Shown here: positions 29,632 through 32,000 of the stretch, in pieces
Layout of the letters: each line of letters begins with the position of its first letter
Numbering within the stretch: the stretch's first letter is position 1
DNA from: Sulfolobus acidocaldarius DSM 639
GTDB lineage: Archaea; Thermoproteota; Thermoprotei_A; Sulfolobales; Sulfolobaceae
Assembly: GCF_000012285.1 (NCBI RefSeq)
Contig: NC_007181.1
Location: forward strand, 150,001-182,000
Direction of reading: 5' to 3'
Length of the DNA stretch: 32,000 nt
The notes under the pieces: model-generated
Databases searched by the model: none
Seen by the model: the letters and a program-made list of their open reading frames with translations, nothing else
Told to the model about the DNA's origin: nothing
Position numbers and translations under genes: made by a program

Positions 29632-30072
29632 ATGCTAAGTTGGATAATTGGCTCTCCAGCACCGCCTTGGCATTACCTAAGAGATATGTTTGAGGACTAT
29701 AATAACGTTGGAGTCTATGTTGACAGTAAGGGAAATATTCAGTTAATTAAAGTGAGTGAATTCGATGAATTTCATATAACAACTTCTGTTCTAATAAGTG
29801 GGTATCACTTACTAACCTTAAAGCCCTATTACATTAAACTAAGGAAATATGTTGCGTTTACCACAACAAGGCTAAATGTCGTTAAAGAATTGATTAAGAA
29901 CAGAAACTGGAGGAGTATGGAGTATTATTACGGAGATGAATTCGTTTACGCGTGGGTCATATACAGTTGTGAGATGTGCGAGGAAAAGCAGAGATTACAC
30001 CTTGAGGTTAATGAGGAGAAATTGAATGATGATGAACTCTTGAGTAAGCACCTTGAAATCTATAATTCATGA
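29632..30072 (+). CDS. Hypothetical 146-aa protein
   Basis: ATG-initiated ORF with ordinary composition and no recognised motif (a single CEMC pair). Its 3' end overlaps the convergent FAD oxidoreductase gene by 13 nt. Confidence 0.5.
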   Translation: MLSWIIGSPAPPWHYLRDMFEDYNNVGVYVDSKGNIQLIKVSEFDEFHITTSVLISGYHLLTLKPYYIKLRKYVAFTTTRLNVVKELIKNRNWRSMEYYYGDEFVYAWVIYSCEMCEEKQRLHLEVNEEKLNDDELLSKHLEIYNS

Positions 30073-31058
30073 GGCTCCTTACCTATTTTGAAATCAGTTA
30101 CTCCATTAAATCTTCTCCAATAGTAATCACTGTCTTTCTCTCCTTCTAGAATGTATTTGACCAGCAGGTTTGCTATACCAGGACCTATTTCAGCCCCATA
30201 GCCATCTAAACCACCCGCAAAGTATAACCTCTCAGTTATCTCACCATATATAGGTCTCATGTCAGGTGTACCTTCGCAGTAACCCTCTCCCCTATATATC
30301 GGAAACAACTTACCTACTCTACTCTCCGCTTTTTCCACTGCTTTCTTATCGCCAATTTTCTTGTCAAACGGGGAGCACTCTATCACGTCACCATCTCCCA
30401 CTATACTTAATGGAAGCCCTATTCCCATGAAAGGTCTTGAGTAATATCCTAGCTCGTAATCATAAATGAAAACTTTGTCCAATAGTGAATTTCTGTTTAG
30501 GGTCAACCACGACCAACAATAGTAACTCTTAAGGGGAAGCCTCAAACCATTTATTGAAAGAGTATTCCAAGCACCAGCTGTCAGTATGAAAATATCATAT
30601 CTTGATGTGACGTCATTATTGTCCAGTGTAACTCTCAACTTATTATCATTTACCTCAACTGATACATTTCCGCTGATCTTAGGAACACTGTCTATCAGCT
30701 TTCTAATTTGAACCAAAGAGTCTGTTCCATAGCCTATTATGGCTTTATCCCTCAACCACTCAACGTACTTCTCTTCAACATTTAAGCCTAAACTTAACCA
30801 TTTATTGACGACCTCGTTACTCACTTTTCCGAGTGTATAGGATGTAAAGGACTTGAGCGGAATATTGTGTTTTACGTAAAACTCCTTGGATAGTATAGAG
30901 AGTTCAACATCCTTTCCAACCAACAACAAAGAGTGAATAAGCGTTGGCGGAAATTTCCTAAATCCGCTCTCTACTACAGATACCTCATGACCTCTCTCCT
31001 TAAGTAGGTGATATATAGAACTTCCTAGTATACCTTTGCCAATTACTAAGACTTTCAC
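30060..31058 (-). CDS. FAD-dependent oxidoreductase (DAO / glycine-oxidase-like family)
   Basis: N-terminal dinucleotide fold MKVLVIGKGILGSSIYHLLKERGHEVSVVE, mid-protein TAGAW, and C-terminal GGLDGYGAEIGPG. Confidence 0.78.
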   Translation of the reverse strand: MKVLVIGKGILGSSIYHLLKERGHEVSVVESGFRKFPPTLIHSLLLVGKDVELSILSKEFYVKHNIPLKSFTSYTLGKVSNEVVNKWLSLGLNVEEKYVEWLRDKAIIGYGTDSLVQIRKLIDSVPKISGNVSVEVNDNKLRVTLDNNDVTSRYDIFILTAGAWNTLSINGLRLPLKSYYCWSWLTLNRNSLLDKVFIYDYELGYYSRPFMGIGLPLSIVGDGDVIECSPFDKKIGDKKAVEKAESRVGKLFPIYRGEGYCEGTPDMRPIYGEITERLYFAGGLDGYGAEIGPGIANLLVKYILEGEKDSDYYWRRFNGVTDFKIGKEPHEL

Positions 31059-31094
31059 TTAATCCTTAAAGCCTAATACACTAAAAAAATTATT

Positions 31095-31892
31095 GTGATC
31101 ACCGAGGGTTACTTCGTTAAGTACGATGGCGTTTATTGGGCTGTTAAAGGATGCTTTCATCCACAAGGTTATGTCGTAGGTATACCTAGGTTGTATAAAG
31201 GCGAGAAGATTAAGAGGTATAATGATGCCATGAATATCGTAAGAAGGGATTTTCCGCATTTACTACGATACGTTGAGGAGATAGGTGCCGAAGTTCCTTT
31301 AATACCCCTTAAGGGCTCTGAGGTGCTAGATCCTTTTGACCTCAAGAAGGTGACAGATCCTAAGGTTAAGTACTTTATATCACTATTCAGACATGTGGGA
31401 ATTACGGGAAGTTTACTCTATTTTAAAGGCAAGAACTTTAACGATATTGATTTACTTTCATTTGACATAGGGAACTATGAGATACTCAGGGAGCTCAGAA
31501 AAGCTGGGATAACTAAGTCACTGAGTTCCTTCAACCAAGGAGAGGTTGAAATATTAAACTCTCATGACTTTAATCTGCTAAAAAGGGAGAGGGTTTTGGA
31601 AGGCATATTTCATGATATCCCTTATACTTTTAAGATAGTTGAGTGTGAGGATTTCGGAAAAGTAAAAAGAGTGGAGAAATTTGAGGGGAAGGTAACTATA
31701 GACAAAACCTTGAAACCCTATTCTTTACCGGTAAAGTACCTAACTGATACCGGTCATGTTTTGACGTCTTTTAGGACAAGGTTCACAGAGTTAAAGGAAG
31801 GATTAGAGCTTTATGTGGATGGTTTCTTGCTAGAAAGAGATAAATTCAGTGATATTGATTTAGACATAGCCCGAAAGGTGGAAATTCTTTGA
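31095..31892 (+). CDS. Predicted Pol-beta-type nucleotidyltransferase-domain protein with beta-rich C-terminal domain
   Basis: GITGSLLYFKGKNFNDIDLL fits the G-S-x(n)-D-x-D minimal nucleotidyltransferase signature. GTG start. Confidence 0.55.
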   Translation: MITEGYFVKYDGVYWAVKGCFHPQGYVVGIPRLYKGEKIKRYNDAMNIVRRDFPHLLRYVEEIGAEVPLIPLKGSEVLDPFDLKKVTDPKVKYFISLFRHVGITGSLLYFKGKNFNDIDLLSFDIGNYEILRELRKAGITKSLSSFNQGEVEILNSHDFNLLKRERVLEGIFHDIPYTFKIVECEDFGKVKRVEKFEGKVTIDKTLKPYSLPVKYLTDTGHVLTSFRTRFTELKEGLELYVDGFLLERDKFSDIDLDIARKVEIL

Positions 31893-32000
31893 CAGCACAT
31901 GAGAAACACAAGGAACACGCCCCTAAGGAAGTGAGGTTTTACGTGATTACGATAAGTACTTCACGATACGAGAAATTCATAAAGAGAGAGACTATTGTGG
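31889..32000 (+). CDS. moaB: Molybdenum cofactor biosynthesis protein B (MoaB/Mog family), N-terminal fragment (3' end outside window)
   Basis: From TTG 31889 (TTGA overlap with the previous stop) the frame reads (M)TAHEKHKEHAPKEVRFYVITISTSRYEKFIKRETIV. The FxVITxSxSR start is typical of MoaB. Confidence 0.5.
   Translation, partial: MTAHEKHKEHAPKEVRFYVITISTSRYEKFIKRETIV

Noticed and set aside
31059-31259. 66-aa minus-strand ORF overlapping the start of the nucleotidyltransferase gene
   Set aside because: It is antisense to a longer motif-bearing ORF and abuts the FAD oxidoreductase start. There is no supporting signal.

Overview
Visibly AT-rich, gene-dense archaeal DNA. Many stop/start overlaps (ATGA, TTGA, TAATG), and A/T-rich TATA-like boxes about 25-30 nt upstream of several start codons (leaderless-style). 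Several products match what I remember of Sulfolobus acidocaldarius: a 551-aa XPD with a 4-Cys FeS domain, a 211-aa Fe-SOD and a 220-aa SegA. I therefore read this as core chromosome of that species or a close Sulfolobales relative; this is recognition from memory and cannot be verified here. Left to right: an aroE(partial)-aroC-aroK-aroA-aroD shikimate run; a convergent mini-Rieske protein; a coupled 4-gene operon (96-aa orphan, XPD helicase, thioredoxin-fold protein, TusA-like protein); Fe-SOD; an NDP-sugar pyrophosphorylase; a sequon-rich secreted/anchored protein; a DUF255 thioredoxin-domain protein plus an SDR; NucS/EndoMS; a GT2 glycosyltransferase plus a small membrane protein; the segAB partition pair directly downstream of GlcD/GlcF-like flavoenzyme genes, with a divergent GlcE-like gene; 2-oxoacid:ferredoxin oxidoreductase alpha/beta; an orphan; a C-N hydrolase; a CBS x4 protein; an HDAC-family deacetylase; purT; two orphan PD-(D/E)xK-like proteins flanking a dolichol-kinase-like membrane protein; another orphan; a DAO-type FAD oxidoreductase; a Pol-beta-type nucleotidyltransferase; and the start of moaB. 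I found no rRNA, tRNA, CRISPR array, transposase/integrase or obvious foreign island. Best leads: (1) the CBS x4 protein carries a C-terminal module that looks like a bacterial HPF/YfiA ribosome-hibernation domain; (2) XPD is translationally coupled to three uncharacterised small redox/sulfur-carrier-like genes; (3) two related nuclease-fold orphans, with a candidate C/D-box sRNA next to one of them; (4) aroA has no canonical start codon upstream of its essential N-terminal motif; (5) SegB has an extended N-terminus containing a repeat. All functional calls come from motif recognition by eye; no database search was possible.
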